Assembly (NCBI GenBank): GCA_963749655.1
Contig: CAVVOB010000030.1
Span: forward strand, 192,001 to 256,000
Length of the DNA stretch: 64,000 nucleotides
Source of the DNA: Nitrospirota bacterium
GTDB taxonomy: Bacteria; Nitrospirota; UBA9217
Direction: 5' to 3'
The translations under genes were made by a program, and so were the position numbers. The notes under the pieces were generated by a model. It worked only from the letters and a program-made list of their open reading frames with translations. It searched no databases and was not told where the DNA came from. Below are positions 33,465 through 44,896 of this stretch, one piece after another (within the stretch, counting starts at the first letter, position 1; each line of letters begins with the position of its first letter).

Positions 33465-34823
33465 ATGAGACAGACGAAGATCACCCTTTCAGACAAGGAA
33501 ATTCCGACCAAATGGTACAATATCATGGCCGATATGCCGAATCTGCCCAAGCCGCCGCTCCATCCGGCGACCAAGCAGCCTGTGGGACCCGATGACCTCA
33601 AGCCGATTTTCCCCATGGACCTGATCCTTCAGGAAGTGAGCCGGGACCGCTGGATCGATATCCCAGAGGAAGTGCTCGACATCTATACTCTCTGGAGGCC
33701 GTCGCCGCTCTTTCGCGCCCACCGGCTCGAAAAGGCCCTCGGCACGCCTGCCAAGATCTATTACAAGTACGAAGGCGTGAGCCCTGCCGGCAGCCACAAG
33801 CCGAATACCTCCATTCCGCAGGCCTTCTACAACAAGAAGGCGGGCATCAAGCGCATCGCCACCGAGACGGGAGCGGGCCAGTGGGGCTCGTCCATGGCGC
33901 TCGCCGGCAAGCTCTTCGGCCTCGACGTGACGGTCTACATGGTGAAGGTGAGTTTCGGCCAGAAGCCTTACCGCAGGATGATGATGGAGACCTGGGGCGC
34001 TACGGTGCACGCGAGCCCGTCTACGTTGACCAATGCGGGCAGGAAGATCCTCGAGGTTGATCCCAACAGCACGGGCAGTCTCGGCATCGCCATCTCCGAG
34101 GCTGTGGAGGACGCGGCAACGCACAACGATACGAATTATGCTCTCGGGTCGGTCCTGAACCATGTGTGCCTCCACCAGACGGTCATCGGCCAGGAAGCAA
34201 AGAAGCAGCTGGAAATCGCCGGCGATTATCCCGATGTGGTCATTGCCTGCTGCGGCGGCGGGAGCAACTTCGCGGGGATCGCGTTCCCCTTTCTCCAAGA
34301 CAAGCTGACCGGCGGAAAGAAGAATCTCCGGGCCATCGCGGTGGAGCCGACGTCCTGCCCGACGCTCACCAAGGGGGAGTTCTGCTACGACTACGGAGAC
34401 GTGGCGGGCATGACGCCGCTGCTGACCATGTACACCCTGGGCCACGACTTCATGCCCTCGGGCATCCACGCCGGCGGGCTGCGCTACCACGGCGACTCCC
34501 CGCTCGTTTCCCAGCTCTACCACGACAAGATCATCGAGGCCCGGGCTTACGGTCAGACAAAATGCTTTGAGGCGGCGGTGCTCTTTGCCGGGACGGAGTC
34601 GATCATTCCGGCGCCGGAAAGCAGCCATGCGGTACGGGCGGCGATCGACGAAGCGCTGCTGGCCAAGCAGGAAGGGAAGCAGAAGACCATCCTCTTCAAC
34701 CTGAGCGGCCACGGATACCTCGATTTGCAGGCCTATGCCGATTACCGGGAAGGCAAGTTGTTCGACCACGAGCACCCGGAAGCGGACATCAAGAAGGCGC
34801 TCGAGAAACTGCCAAAAATCTGA
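33465..34823 (+). CDS. trpB2: TrpB2 (type 2 tryptophan synthase beta)
   Basis: [41 protein letters not shown]. Confidence 0.94.
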   Translation: MRQTKITLSDKEIPTKWYNIMADMPNLPKPPLHPATKQPVGPDDLKPIFPMDLILQEVSRDRWIDIPEEVLDIYTLWRPSPLFRAHRLEKALGTPAKIYYKYEGVSPAGSHKPNTSIPQAFYNKKAGIKRIATETGAGQWGSSMALAGKLFGLDVTVYMVKVSFGQKPYRRMMMETWGATVHASPSTLTNAGRKILEVDPNSTGSLGIAISEAVEDAATHNDTNYALGSVLNHVCLHQTVIGQEAKKQLEIAGDYPDVVIACCGGGSNFAGIAFPFLQDKLTGGKKNLRAIAVEPTSCPTLTKGEFCYDYGDVAGMTPLLTMYTLGHDFMPSGIHAGGLRYHGDSPLVSQLYHDKIIEARAYGQTKCFEAAVLFAGTESIIPAPESSHAVRAAIDEALLAKQEGKQKTILFNLSGHGYLDLQAYADYREGKLFDHEHPEADIKKALEKLPKI

Positions 34824-34837
34824 ATGAGAGAAATTTC

Positions 34838-34871
34838 AAAGCTCCCCGCTTTCCGGCGGGGAGCTTTTTTT
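34838..34871 (+). terminator. Intrinsic terminator
   Basis: AAAGCTCCCCGC/GCGGGGAGCTTT stem plus T-run. Confidence 0.85.
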
Positions 34872-35045
34872 GTCTGTGGGTCCGGCCTGGTTACGGCTGC
34901 GGCAGGGAAGGAACAGCTTCACGCGGATGAAACATTTCCCTAATGCATTACGACCGGTCTTTTGTATCGGAGGGTCAGCTAGGAGGTTTGCAGCAGCGAA
35001 ACGGAACTGCGCAGGCAGTTGGTGCGGGATTCGCAGATGCGATCT

Positions 35046-35723
35046 TTACACTTTATCCTTCAGATGGTCGAGGGCATTGCGGGCAACCAGGAAGTTACCG
35101 CCGACTTCCTTGATGATGCCCTTGGTATAAAGAACTTTCATGCATTTCGAGACAGCCTCCCTCGATGAACCGATGCGGGCCGAGAGCTCCTTGTGGGTCA
35201 GCTTTGTCGCTTTGAGATACCCTTTCATGTCGGACTGGTCCGCGGCCGATCCATCGAGAAGCGTTCTGATGAGCCGCTCGCCCACTTCGAGAAAAGCGAG
35301 GGATTCGATCATGTCGTCTGCCTTGCGCAGCCGGTCGGCAAGCGTTGCCATGAGTTCGACCGCCAGCTTCGGTTCCTTGTACACCAGGTCGAGGAAGACG
35401 TCCTTTTTCAGAACAGCGAGTTCGGAGTCGTCGTCGGCCACAATGGTGGCCGAGCGTCCTTTGCCGTCGAGGAGGCTCAGTTCGCCGAAGAAAGCCCCCT
35501 TTTCGAACTGCGCAAGGACGATCTCGTCACCTTCCTCGTCGATAAGCACTGCTTTGAGCTTTCCTGAATTGACGATGTAGAGGTCGGTGCTGAGATCAGT
35601 CCGGTGGAAGATCACATCGCCCTTCCGGTACCGGGCGCTCTTGCAGCGTACGGCGATCTCCTTGACCTGAGAATCCTTGAGGTGTTTGAAAAGCGGAATG
35701 TTCCTGATGTATTCGGTGAGCAT
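35046..35723 (-). CDS. Crp/Fnr family regulator
   Basis: FFGELSLLDGKGRSAT; HTH LTHKELSARIGSSREAVS. Confidence 0.93.
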   Translation of the reverse strand: MLTEYIRNIPLFKHLKDSQVKEIAVRCKSARYRKGDVIFHRTDLSTDLYIVNSGKLKAVLIDEEGDEIVLAQFEKGAFFGELSLLDGKGRSATIVADDDSELAVLKKDVFLDLVYKEPKLAVELMATLADRLRKADDMIESLAFLEVGERLIRTLLDGSAADQSDMKGYLKATKLTHKELSARIGSSREAVSKCMKVLYTKGIIKEVGGNFLVARNALDHLKDKV

Positions 35724-35896
35724 GTTTTCTGCGGCGTGAAGGTTTCGCTCCCGGGAAATGAAGCGCCATCCCCTCCCTGCCTCCCCCCCTCGTCAGTGAA
35801 AAGAATTTCGGAGACGGACCTGACCGGATATGCCCGTCCCCGAGCAGCACGCTCACACGGCACAGTAAGTCAGCAGCCGCACCGGCATCGGCAGCG

Positions 35897-36928
35897 TTAC
35901 ATTTTATGGCAGTTCACGCACAGGGTTTCCGAGGACATGGCCTTGAATCTGAAAAGACGCCCGCCTTCCGAGCTGTGCGGTTCGTGGCAGCTGCCGCAGT
36001 AAAAAGGCCTGCCTTTGCGCGCCGGGTCCTTCAGGTCTCTCAGCTTGCCCGCTTTATTTTTTTTGACGATCCCTCCCAGCGGGTGGCGGCCCCCCGTAAA
36101 GCCGGAAACCGCATGGGGGTTGTTCGGCACATCAGGGTGGCAACCCAGGCAGAGATCATAGGGCTTGTTGCTGAGCAGGGCAATTTCGTCGGAGGCGTGC
36201 GGTACATGGCAGCTCAGGCATTCGCCTCCCATGACAGGCGGATGAACGACCTTGCGGGTGAATTCTCCCTTGTCGTGGCACGTGAAGCACAGGTCCGGGA
36301 CCGGGGCTACAGTGAGTTTCGAATTCTGCGATGAATGAGGACTGTGGCACCCCGTGCATCCCATGCCGACGGCCGCGTGGATATTTTTCTTTGTGAAAGG
36401 GGCCTTGTCATGACAGCCGAAACAAAGGTTAGGCTGCTCCGCAGTGAGGAGCTTCGGGGCGTCCGATGAATGAGGATTGTGGCAGCTGGTGCAACCCATT
36501 CCCAGTGCAGCGTGTACGGTCTTCTGCGTGAACAGCGACTTGTCATGGCATTCGTAGCAAAGATCGGGAAGCGCTGATTTCAGGAGCTTCGCGTTTTTTG
36601 TTGCGTGAGGATTGTGGCAGCTGGTGCAACCCATGCCTAGGGCCGCATGCACGGTCTTCTTGCCGAAGATAGCCTTGTCGTGGCAGCTGTAGCACAGCTC
36701 GGGTTGGGGCGCCATGAGCGAACGTGCTATCTTGCCTTTTTTATGCGGAAGTGACTGGAAGTTCTCGGCTTCGTGGCAGGAAACACAGCCCATCTCAAGG
36801 GCCTGGTGCAGGACCGGTTCTTTCTTGAGATAACCATGGCATTTGATGCAGTCCAGCTCCTCGCCTTGCGCGGAGAAGGGAATGAGAACGGCAAATATCA
36901 GGGCCGGGTACAGAAATCGAGACCTCAT
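35897..36928 (-). CDS. Exported multiheme cytochrome c, 13 CxxCH (paired-CXXCH repeats)
   Basis: Signal peptide, 13 CxxCH counted, 45-aa repeats; SD AAGGAG. Confidence 0.92.
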   Translation of the reverse strand: MRSRFLYPALIFAVLIPFSAQGEELDCIKCHGYLKKEPVLHQALEMGCVSCHEAENFQSLPHKKGKIARSLMAPQPELCYSCHDKAIFGKKTVHAALGMGCTSCHNPHATKNAKLLKSALPDLCYECHDKSLFTQKTVHAALGMGCTSCHNPHSSDAPKLLTAEQPNLCFGCHDKAPFTKKNIHAAVGMGCTGCHSPHSSQNSKLTVAPVPDLCFTCHDKGEFTRKVVHPPVMGGECLSCHVPHASDEIALLSNKPYDLCLGCHPDVPNNPHAVSGFTGGRHPLGGIVKKNKAGKLRDLKDPARKGRPFYCGSCHEPHSSEGGRLFRFKAMSSETLCVNCHKM

Positions 36929-37594
36929 GGCACGCATCTCCTTTCGGTCGAGCCAAAATACTTTCCGGGCGCCCTTAACGCTGCAAAGAATAGCATTGTC
37001 ATCCGCTAAAATCAAGCAATTTAGTGGCTTCACCTCGGCGAGAAGAAAAGATCCCCCTATCCGGTGAGCGTATCAGCATGTTGTTGCAATGATGCGGAAC
37101 TTTATATGCAATCACCCGTGAACGGCCTGACCTGCTGGACGATCCGGCCAGTAGATGTACAATGCCGAAAGAACTCGTCCTGAACAATGCCCCCGATACG
37201 CTCTGGATCAGGTGTGGGATGGAGTAACGACTGTGGTTGTCAAGAAAGTGGATTGCCGGCGTGCAGATCGCGAGGTCCAACCCAGAAAAGGGCGGCCGGC
37301 AGCGGCTAAGAGCTTGATTGAATTTCTCGACTGCTGGGAAAATATTTCGGTCCTGCGGCTGCGGGAGACAAGCGTCTTTTCTATGCATTCTGGGGCGGAA
37401 CGGCGACAACGGCCTCTATGCAAAGCGAAGGAATGCGAGCAGTGGTCGGAGGGCAACAAAGACAAGCCGAGCAAACAGGGAAAAGGTGTTGAAGGCGCCC
37501 GAGTCGAAAAACTACCTGGTCTGTCCCAGTGCACTCCGGCTGTCGAGAACACAAAAAGACCGGCGTGCAGCCGATCTTTTTAGGTGATATTCAG

Positions 37595-37681
37595 TGGTGC
37601 CGGCGGTCGGAATCGAACCGACATGGAGTTGCCCCCGGAGGATTTTGAGTCCTCTGCGTCTACCAATTTCACCACGCCGGC
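37595..37681 (-). tRNA. tRNA-Leu(CAA)
   Basis: 87-nt cloverleaf, long variable arm, CCA. Confidence 0.96.
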
Positions 37682-37855
37682 ACGGAGTAGAAATTACACT
37701 AACGCCACCCTCCCTGTCAAGCGAAAAGGCGCTTCGTAGACCGCGAGAAACGGCCCCTTTTTGCTCTCCCGCCCCGGAACCCTCAGGCAGGTATGGTATG
37801 CTCATGCTCTCGGCTTCGGGACTCTCTCTCGCTGACCAGCAACGGGTAAAAAGGC

Positions 37856-37884
37856 TTGCATCTTCCAACCGCGCTTTGTATAAT
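37856..37884 (+). promoter_or_regulatory. sigma70-type promoter
   Basis: TTGCAT-17 nt-TATAAT, 8 nt before ATG 37893. Confidence 0.65.
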
Positions 37885-37892
37885 AACTATCT

Positions 37893-38366
37893 ATGCTTAC
37901 GGGGTACAATACGGACTTCAAGTTCCAGGGCAAGATCTATCATGTCCAAACCGAAGACGGTGGTACCGCCAGTCCATACATAACCTCGCTCCTTTACTAC
38001 CAGGGCGCAATTCTTGCTTCACGGAAGACGAGCTACGCCGACATTCTCAAGGCCGATTGCCTGGATGAGGTCGTCCGGGATCTGATGATGGAGCAGCACA
38101 AGCAGATGATCCGCGACCTGATGCAGGGAAGGCTGGACCTCAATAACGCTCCGCACGAGGCTGCCTATCATGCTCCGTCCGCTTCGAAGGAAGTGAAGAT
38201 CGAGCCCGCAAAGGCCGAAGCCACGAAGCCGGAAGCAGCGAAACCCGCGCCGCCGGCGCCGCCGAAGAAAGAAACGCCGGCAGTGGAAGAAAAGGACAAG
38301 AGTCTGGATGACATCATCCTGGATTTTCTCGCCCAGGAGCAGAGGGACAGGAACGAGAAAAAGTAG
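37893..38366 (+). CDS. Hypothetical protein: folded N-domain, Pro/Ala/Lys linker, C-terminal helix
   Basis: MLTGYNTD...YHVQTED; SLDDIILDFL; coding-like codon use. Confidence 0.8.
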   Translation: MLTGYNTDFKFQGKIYHVQTEDGGTASPYITSLLYYQGAILASRKTSYADILKADCLDEVVRDLMMEQHKQMIRDLMQGRLDLNNAPHEAAYHAPSASKEVKIEPAKAEATKPEAAKPAPPAPPKKETPAVEEKDKSLDDIILDFLAQEQRDRNEKK

Positions 38367-38484
38367 GAAGGAAGTAAACGGCGGAACCGTGGAGAGCGGG
38401 AGCCCGGGAGCAACGTCCGTGCCGCAGTTGCACGGCAACGATGGTTATTAGGAAGGATTCTTCGAATCAGAGGAGGTTTTCTGA

Positions 38485-39328
38485 ATGGCGGCAACTGCTG
38501 AGCAGGTCAAAAAGCTGATGGAAAAAGCGCGGAGGATCAGGATCGACATCCTGAAGATGTTGACCGACTGCGGGTCCGGTCATACGGGTGGGAGTCTCTC
38601 CGCGGCCGATATCGCGACGGCTTTGTACTTCTATAAAATGAAGTACGATCCGAAAAATCCGGGCTGGAAGGGCCGCGACTATTTTATACTTTCCAAGGGT
38701 CATGCGGCGCCGCTGTTGTACACGGTACTGGCCCATGCAGGGTTCATCGAACACGCTGAACTTTGCACGCTTCGTAAGATGGGGTCCCGGTTGCAGGGGC
38801 ATCCTGACAGCAAATACCTTCCTGGCGTCGAAATTTCTACGGGATCTCTCGGCCAAGGGTCTTTCTGTGGCCTGTGGTATCGCTTTGGGGAACAAGCTTG
38901 ATAAAACATCCAGCCGCGTTTATGCTCTTCTCGGCGACGGCGAACAGCAGGAAGGTCAGATCTGGGAAGCCGCCATGACCGCGGCGCACTACAAGCTCGA
39001 TAACCTCTGCGCCTTCGTGGATAACAACGGACTTCAGATCGACGGTCCGGTCGCCAAGGTTATGGGGGTGGAGCCGATTGTGGACAAGTGGCGCGCCTTC
39101 GGCTGGGAGGTCATCGACATCGACGGCCATGACATGGCGAAGATCACGACAGCTCTCGACAGTGCGGAGACGGTGAAGGGCAAGCCGACGATGATCGTCT
39201 GCAGGACCGTGAAGGGCAAGGGATCAAAAGTGTTCGAGGGGAAAGTGGAGTTCCATGGAGCGACGCCTTCGAAGGAAGAACTCGAGATCGCGATGAAGGA
39301 ACTGTCTGAAGAAATAGTTTGTAAATAA
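38485..39328 (+). CDS. Transketolase N-terminal subunit (apparent 1-nt insertion near 38858)
   Basis: SGHTGGSLS, SKGHAAP, LQGHP, TGSLGQG; GDGEQQEGQIWE in the +1 frame. Confidence 0.92.
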
Positions 39329-39330
39329 AT

Positions 39331-39403
39331 TTGCGGAACGTGGATTTTCGAAGTGCGGTTGAAGAGCTGTTAATCCGCAACCAACAATCCGAAAGTCGAA
39401 ATA
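39331..39403. repeat. Degenerate heptamer array, inverted arms
   Basis: TTGCGGA-ACGTGGA-TTTTCGA facing AATCCGC-AACCAAC-AATCCGA-AAGTCGA-AAT. Confidence 0.6.
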
Positions 39404-39417
39404 AGACGGGGGTCAAT

Positions 39418-40368
39418 GTGAGTCAGGCACAGCAAAAGATTGCCACAAGAGATGCGTACGGGGATGCGCTGGTGAGTCTCGGAAAGAAACGGGACGACGT
39501 GGTCGTCCTCGACGCCGATCTTTCAGGGTCGACGAAGACGTCGAAGTTCGCCAAGGCGTTTCCCGACCGGTTCTTCAACATCGGCATCGCCGAGCAGGAC
39601 ATGGTCGGCACAGCGGCCGGACTTGCCATCGCAGGAAAACTGCCCTTTGCAAGCACGTTCGCGGTCTTCGCAACGGGGAGGGCATGGGAGCAGGTAAGAC
39701 AGTCAGTATGCTACCCGAACCTGAACGTGAAGATCGTAGCGAGCCACGCCGGGATCACCGTGGGTGAGGATGGCGGTTCACACCAGTCCGTGGAGGATAT
39801 AGCGCTCATGCGGGTGCTTCCCCATATGACCGTCATCGTCCCCGCCGACGGGCCCGAGACGCTTCAGGCCATTGAAGCGGCGGCAGAGCATAAGGGGCCC
39901 TGCTACGTGCGCGTGGGAAGAAACAAGGTCCCTACGCTCTTCGGCGACGATTACAAGTTCAGGATCGGCAAGGCCCACGTGTTCAACGAGGGCAAGGACG
40001 TGGCCATCATCGCAACGGGCCTCATGGTGGCCGAGGCGATCAAGGCGCGGGATTTGCTCAAGGCGGAGGGGATCGATGCAGGTGTGATCAACATGTCCAC
40101 CATCAAACCCCTCGACGCGGATGCGGTAATCGCCGCTGCCAAACGGACCGGTGCGATCGTGACGGCGGAGGAGCATTCGATCATAGGCGGCCTGGGCGGG
40201 GCCGTGGCTGAAGTTCTGGCCGAATCGGCTCCCACACCGCTTGTGCGCATCGGCGTCCGCGACGCCTTCGGCACTTCGGGGGACTACGAGGGTCTTCTGA
40301 AACACTACGGCATGTCGGCTGACCACATCGCCGCTGCAGCCAAAGAGGCAATCAGGAAAAAACGGTGA
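39418..40368 (+). CDS. Transketolase C-terminal subunit
   Basis: LDADLSGST, GIAEQ, GEDGGSHQ, EEHSIIGGLG. Confidence 0.93.
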   Translation: MSQAQQKIATRDAYGDALVSLGKKRDDVVVLDADLSGSTKTSKFAKAFPDRFFNIGIAEQDMVGTAAGLAIAGKLPFASTFAVFATGRAWEQVRQSVCYPNLNVKIVASHAGITVGEDGGSHQSVEDIALMRVLPHMTVIVPADGPETLQAIEAAAEHKGPCYVRVGRNKVPTLFGDDYKFRIGKAHVFNEGKDVAIIATGLMVAEAIKARDLLKAEGIDAGVINMSTIKPLDADAVIAAAKRTGAIVTAEEHSIIGGLGGAVAEVLAESAPTPLVRIGVRDAFGTSGDYEGLLKHYGMSADHIAAAAKEAIRKKR

Positions 40369-40382
40369 TGGCGAAACGATGC

Positions 40383-40513
40383 AAATCCCCAATCGCAAAT
40401 CGCGATTCCTGAAAAGTACGCCCCATCCAAAATTCCAGGCTCCCGAACACAAGGGGTGTTGGCCTTCGCTCTTGGGAGTGTATTTGACGTTCGGATGTTG
40501 CCATTTGAGATTT
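40383..40513. repeat. Degenerate heptamer arrays
   Basis: AATCCCC-AATCGCA-AATCGCG-ATTCCTG ... ATTTGAC-GTTCGGA-TGTTGCC-ATTTGAG-ATTT. Confidence 0.55.
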
Positions 40514-40518
40514 GCCTC

Positions 40519-41259
40519 ATGATCCAGCTCTACCGGGTGACCAAATACTATGAGGGCGTCCCCGCCCTGAGCGACGTGAGCTTCGTCGTGGACAAGGGGG
40601 AATTCGTGTTTATCACCGGCCCCAGCGGGGCCGGAAAGACCACGCTCCTCAAAATAATTTTCTGCGCGGAACATGCCGACGAGGGACAGATCATCCTCCA
40701 GGGCATGAACACCTTCCGTCTGAAACCTTCGACCATTCCCTACCTCAGGCGGAACATGGGCTTCGTGTTCCAGGACTACAAGCTTCTTCCCCACAAGACG
40801 GTGTTCGACAACATCACGCTGGCCCTCAAGGTTGTGGGCGCGCCTCGCGGTGAGATTGACCGGCGCGCCTACCTGGTTCTTAAGAAAGTCGGCATGGAGG
40901 AGAAGCGTCACCTGACGCCGCCGAAACTCTCGGGGGGAGAGCAGCAGAAGGTCGCCGTGGCCCGCGCGCTCGTGAATGAGCCGCAGGTGCTTCTTGCGGA
41001 TGAACCGACAGGCAATCTGGATCCGCAAAGCGCCCAGGAGGTGTTCCGATTGTTCCGGGACATCAATATGAAAGGGACGACGGTTCTGGTGGCTACGCAC
41101 GATCGGGAAATAGTGAAAAAAATGCAGCGCAGGATCATCAGCATGGAGGGCGGCAGGGTCATTGACGACGGCAGCCGTTCTACGACGGGCCTCCCCTCCC
41201 TTGCACCGAGGACCGACGTGGCCGCAACCGGGTCATTCCCGCGTGAAGGAGAACCGTGA
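40519..41259 (+). CDS. ftsE: Cell division ATP-binding protein
   Basis: GPSGAGKTT, VFQDYKLL, LSGGEQQ, ADEPTGNLD. Confidence 0.93.
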   Translation: MIQLYRVTKYYEGVPALSDVSFVVDKGEFVFITGPSGAGKTTLLKIIFCAEHADEGQIILQGMNTFRLKPSTIPYLRRNMGFVFQDYKLLPHKTVFDNITLALKVVGAPRGEIDRRAYLVLKKVGMEEKRHLTPPKLSGGEQQKVAVARALVNEPQVLLADEPTGNLDPQSAQEVFRLFRDINMKGTTVLVATHDREIVKKMQRRIISMEGGRVIDDGSRSTTGLPSLAPRTDVAATGSFPREGEP

Positions 41260-42146
41260 ACGGTTACGGCCTGTTTTATTTCATCGCGGAAGCGTTTCGC
41301 GATCTTCGCGCCAACAGCATTGTGAACCTCCTGGCTCTGGGTACGATCAGCATGGCCATGCTGATCGTCGGATGTTTTCTCGTAATATTTTTAAACCTAC
41401 GTTCTGTCGTGAACACCATGGGCGAACGGCTGGAGATGTCCATTTACCTGAAAAACGGGCTCTCACAGCAGGAACAGGATTTTCTCAGACGACGGATCGA
41501 ACTGGAGCCCGGCGTCAAAACAGTCACTTTCATGTCCAAGGCCGAGGCAGTGGCGCTTCTCAAGAGGGAGCTGAAGAACCAGGAGGCCTTGATCGACGGG
41601 CTGGGAGAAAATCCCCTGCCCGATTCCTTTGAGCTGAAGTTCGACCGCGCCGCGGCCGATCCGGATCGACTGGAAGCCATGGTAAAGAAGCTCAAACGCT
41701 ACGCCGGAGTGGAGGACGTTTCCTATGGGAAGCAGGGCGCTGAGGCGCTTGCGTCTCTGTACCGGCTGCTGACGTACGGAGGGTCGGCGCTTGCCGTTTT
41801 GCTGGGCATTTCGGTTGTTTTTATCATTTCCAACTCGGTGAGGCTTGCGCTGTATTCTCGGGGGCAGGAGATCGAGCTCATGCAGTGGATCGGGGCCACG
41901 CGCAGTTTCATTCTTGGCCCTTTTTTGATCGAAGGCACCGTACTCGCCATGCTGGGTTCGGGGCTCGCCGTGGGCATCCTCGCGGCACTGTATTACTCGT
42001 TACCGCCGGAAATCATCCTCATTTTTTCCCGGCCGGGCGGGCTGGACTTTTTGCCGCTGTCGGTGGTAGCATATATGATAACTGGTGCCGGAGTTCTGGG
42101 ACTAGCCGGCGGGCTCGTGTCGGTAAATAAGTTTCTGGAGTCCTAA
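41256..42146 (+). CDS. ftsX: Cell division permease
   Basis: 4 TM, ENPLPDSF, ISNSVRL, EIELMQWIGAT, PFLIEG. Confidence 0.93.
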   Translation: MNGYGLFYFIAEAFRDLRANSIVNLLALGTISMAMLIVGCFLVIFLNLRSVVNTMGERLEMSIYLKNGLSQQEQDFLRRRIELEPGVKTVTFMSKAEAVALLKRELKNQEALIDGLGENPLPDSFELKFDRAAADPDRLEAMVKKLKRYAGVEDVSYGKQGAEALASLYRLLTYGGSALAVLLGISVVFIISNSVRLALYSRGQEIELMQWIGATRSFILGPFLIEGTVLAMLGSGLAVGILAALYYSLPPEIILIFSRPGGLDFLPLSVVAYMITGAGVLGLAGGLVSVNKFLES

Positions 42147-42158
42147 AGTCGTGAAGGC

Positions 42159-43332
42159 ATGAAGAAGAGTTCCCGCACTGCTGACGATCACGCTGACCAC
42201 GATGGTCACGTGTTCCCTGGCTTTCGGAGACGATGGAACGTCGGCCAGCACAAGGGAACTGGACCGGATCAGGCAGGAAATGCGGAAGAAGAAGACCGAG
42301 ATCACCCGGGCGAACCGGAAGGAACGGTCGGTGCTCGCTGCTCTTGAAATAATTGACCGGGATATTCAAGAACGGACCGATGAACTTATCGACCAGCAGA
42401 AAACGCTGCAGGAATCGGAATCAGCGCTGCGTCAGATAGAATCGGCCAGCACCCTGATTGCGCGGGAACTTGAGGCCCAGAAGCAGGCTTACGGCATGAG
42501 ACTCCGGGCTCTCTATAAAATGAGACGCAACGGTATTGCTCCGACCTACGGGATGGTGGGGCTTGGGAGCCCGGCCAAAGAGACGCGGTATCTGGGCATC
42601 ATTGCGGACCGTGATCGGGCCATCATCGAGGATTATCGCAATGCCCTCAACTTGCTCATTCGTCAGCAGGGCGAGCTTCTGGGAAAAAAGAATGAAATTA
42701 TTGACCACCGGCATGCTGTAGAGGCCAAAAAAGCCGAACAGGAGTCCATAAGGCGTCAAAAAGCCGTGTTACTCGCTAGTGTACGCCAGAAAAAAAACTT
42801 ATATGAGCAGACCTATCGTGAGCTTGAAGAGGCGTCGGCAAGCCTCTGGTCCATGATCAGAGAGGATGAAGGAGAACGGCGTACCGCAAAGGAACTGCAC
42901 AGCGCTAATGCCAGCTCAATAAAAAACGTTCAATCCCCGAAGGGCGGATTCCCGTGGCCACTGGAAGGAAAAGTTCTGACCCAGTTCGGCATGCAGCGGC
43001 ATCCTCAGTTCGGGACCTTGGTTTTCCGTCGCGGTATCGAGATCGAGGCCCATGTAGGCCAGGAAGTTCATGCTATGGAGGGCGGGCAGGTTGCATATGC
43101 CGATTGGTACCGGGGGTATGGAAAGCTGTTGATTCTTGACCACGGCGACGGTTTTTACTCTCTCTACGGGAACCTTTCCCGACTTCATCTGGCCAAGGGT
43201 GAACGGGTCGTCAGGGGCCAGGCGATCGGTTTGGCAGGAGAGACAGGAAGCCTGAAAGGCTCTAAACTATATTTCGAGATAAGGAGGAACGGGGAGGCGC
43301 AGGACCCTCTCGGCTGGCTCGCGAAAAAATAG
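42159..43332 (+). CDS. envC: EnvC-like murein hydrolase activator (possible 1-nt insertion near 42162)
   Basis: Coiled coil plus degenerate M23 domain (SLYGNL, LYFEIR); follows ftsEX. Confidence 0.85.
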
Positions 43333-43487
43333 ATAAAACTTCCCAGCGCACTGAACAGACGCTTGAAGGGGAGGAAAGACTGCTATACTCTATATTGAAC
43401 GGAGCCGTGACAATTTGCGCATAGATATTCTGCTTATCAAGCATAGTGAGGAGAGTAATTATGCAGAACCCGGTGGAGGAAGACGAC

Positions 43488-44868
43488 ATGATTAGGATCA
43501 ATAAGAAAAAATTTATTATAGCGGCTCTGGTCATTTTGCTGATGGGTGTTTTGATCGGTCAGCAGATGGCCCAGGCACAAAAGTCCGACACGACTTACGA
43601 GGACCTGAAGACGTTCACGCAGGCGCTGGAACTCGTAAAGAAAAATTACGTTGAAAATCCCGACAGCAAAGAACTGATCCAGGGAGCCATTCGGGGCATG
43701 ATTGCAGGCCTAGATCCCCACTCGTCCTATATGACCGAGCGGCAGTTCAAAGAGATGAACATGGACATCAAGGGCGAGTTCCAGGGCGTTGGGATCCAGA
43801 TCGGCATCAAAAACCAGCAGCTGACGATCATCGCGCCTATCGAGGATACGCCGGGATTCCGCGCCGGGCCTTGCTGCCGGTGACAAGATCATGAAGATCA
43901 ATGATGAGTGGACCAAAGACATGACGATCGAGCAGGCCGTCGATAAGATGCGCGGACCGAAAAACACGGCGGTCAAACTGTTGATCTACCGGGAGGGATG
44001 GGACAAACCAAAGGAGTTCAAGATCGTCCGCGACGTCATCAAGGTGCAGAGTGTCAAATCAAAAATGCTCGATGCCTCCATCGGATATGTGAAGATAATT
44101 CAGTTCCAGGGGCAGACAACTGAGGAACTGGAAAAGGCCCTGAAAGGGCTCGAGACTAAAGGCATGAAAAAACTGGTGCTCGATCTCCGGAATGATCCGG
44201 GTGGACTCCTCGATGCCTCTGTGGACGTGAGTAGCAAGTTTCTTTCCAAAGACAGCCTGGTGGTTTATATTCAGGGCAGGCAGAAGTCGGACCGAAAGGA
44301 CTTTTTAACGAGCAGTACGGAGCTGCCGCGCGATTATCCGATGGTTGTATTGGTGAACACCGGGAGTGCCAGCGCTTCGGAGATCGTCGCGGGAGCGTTG
44401 CAGGATTCCAAACGCGCGGTCATTGTGGGGACCCAGACTTTCGGCAAGGGATCGGTCCAGACCGTGTTCCCTGTTGACGGCGGTGGTATTCGACTTACGA
44501 CGGCCAAGTATTATACGCCGAGCGGACGTTCGATCCAGAATGTGGGCATAACCCCGGACATCGAGGTGAAGCTGCCTCCGGTCAAGGAGCCGAAAGACGG
44601 TGAACCAGTGCATGTCGTCGTGCGGGAGAAGGACCTCGAGCGTCACCTGAAAAACGAGACGGTGAAAGAAGAGAAGAAGAAAGAGCAGCCGGCTGCCGAG
44701 GATGACTTCGTCATGGAAGTCATGCCGAAGGACGACAAGGATGACATCCAGATACAGAAGGCGATTGAAATCCTCAAGCCTGCTGTGTTGGCTGCAGACG
44801 TGTTCAAAAACATACCAGCAGCGACAATCCAGGAAAAAGAGAAGGCCAAGGAAAAAGAAACGAAATAA
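43488..44868 (+). CDS. ctpA: S41 carboxyl-terminal protease (apparent 1-nt insertion near 43867)
   Basis: LDPHSSY, PDZ, LDLRNDPGG, SASASEI, TFGKGSVQ. Confidence 0.92.
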
Positions 44869-44896
44869 CGGCAAAGGCATTATAATAGCACTGTTT

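Noticed and set aside
36940-37594. Riboswitch or ORFs in the long spacer upstream of the cytochrome
   Set aside because: No c-di-GMP or other riboswitch signature recognised; ORFs lack coding features. A covariance search is needed to exclude one.
34872-37681. Genomic island at tRNA-Leu carrying the cytochrome and Crp genes
   Set aside because: No integrase and no duplicated tRNA 3' end found.
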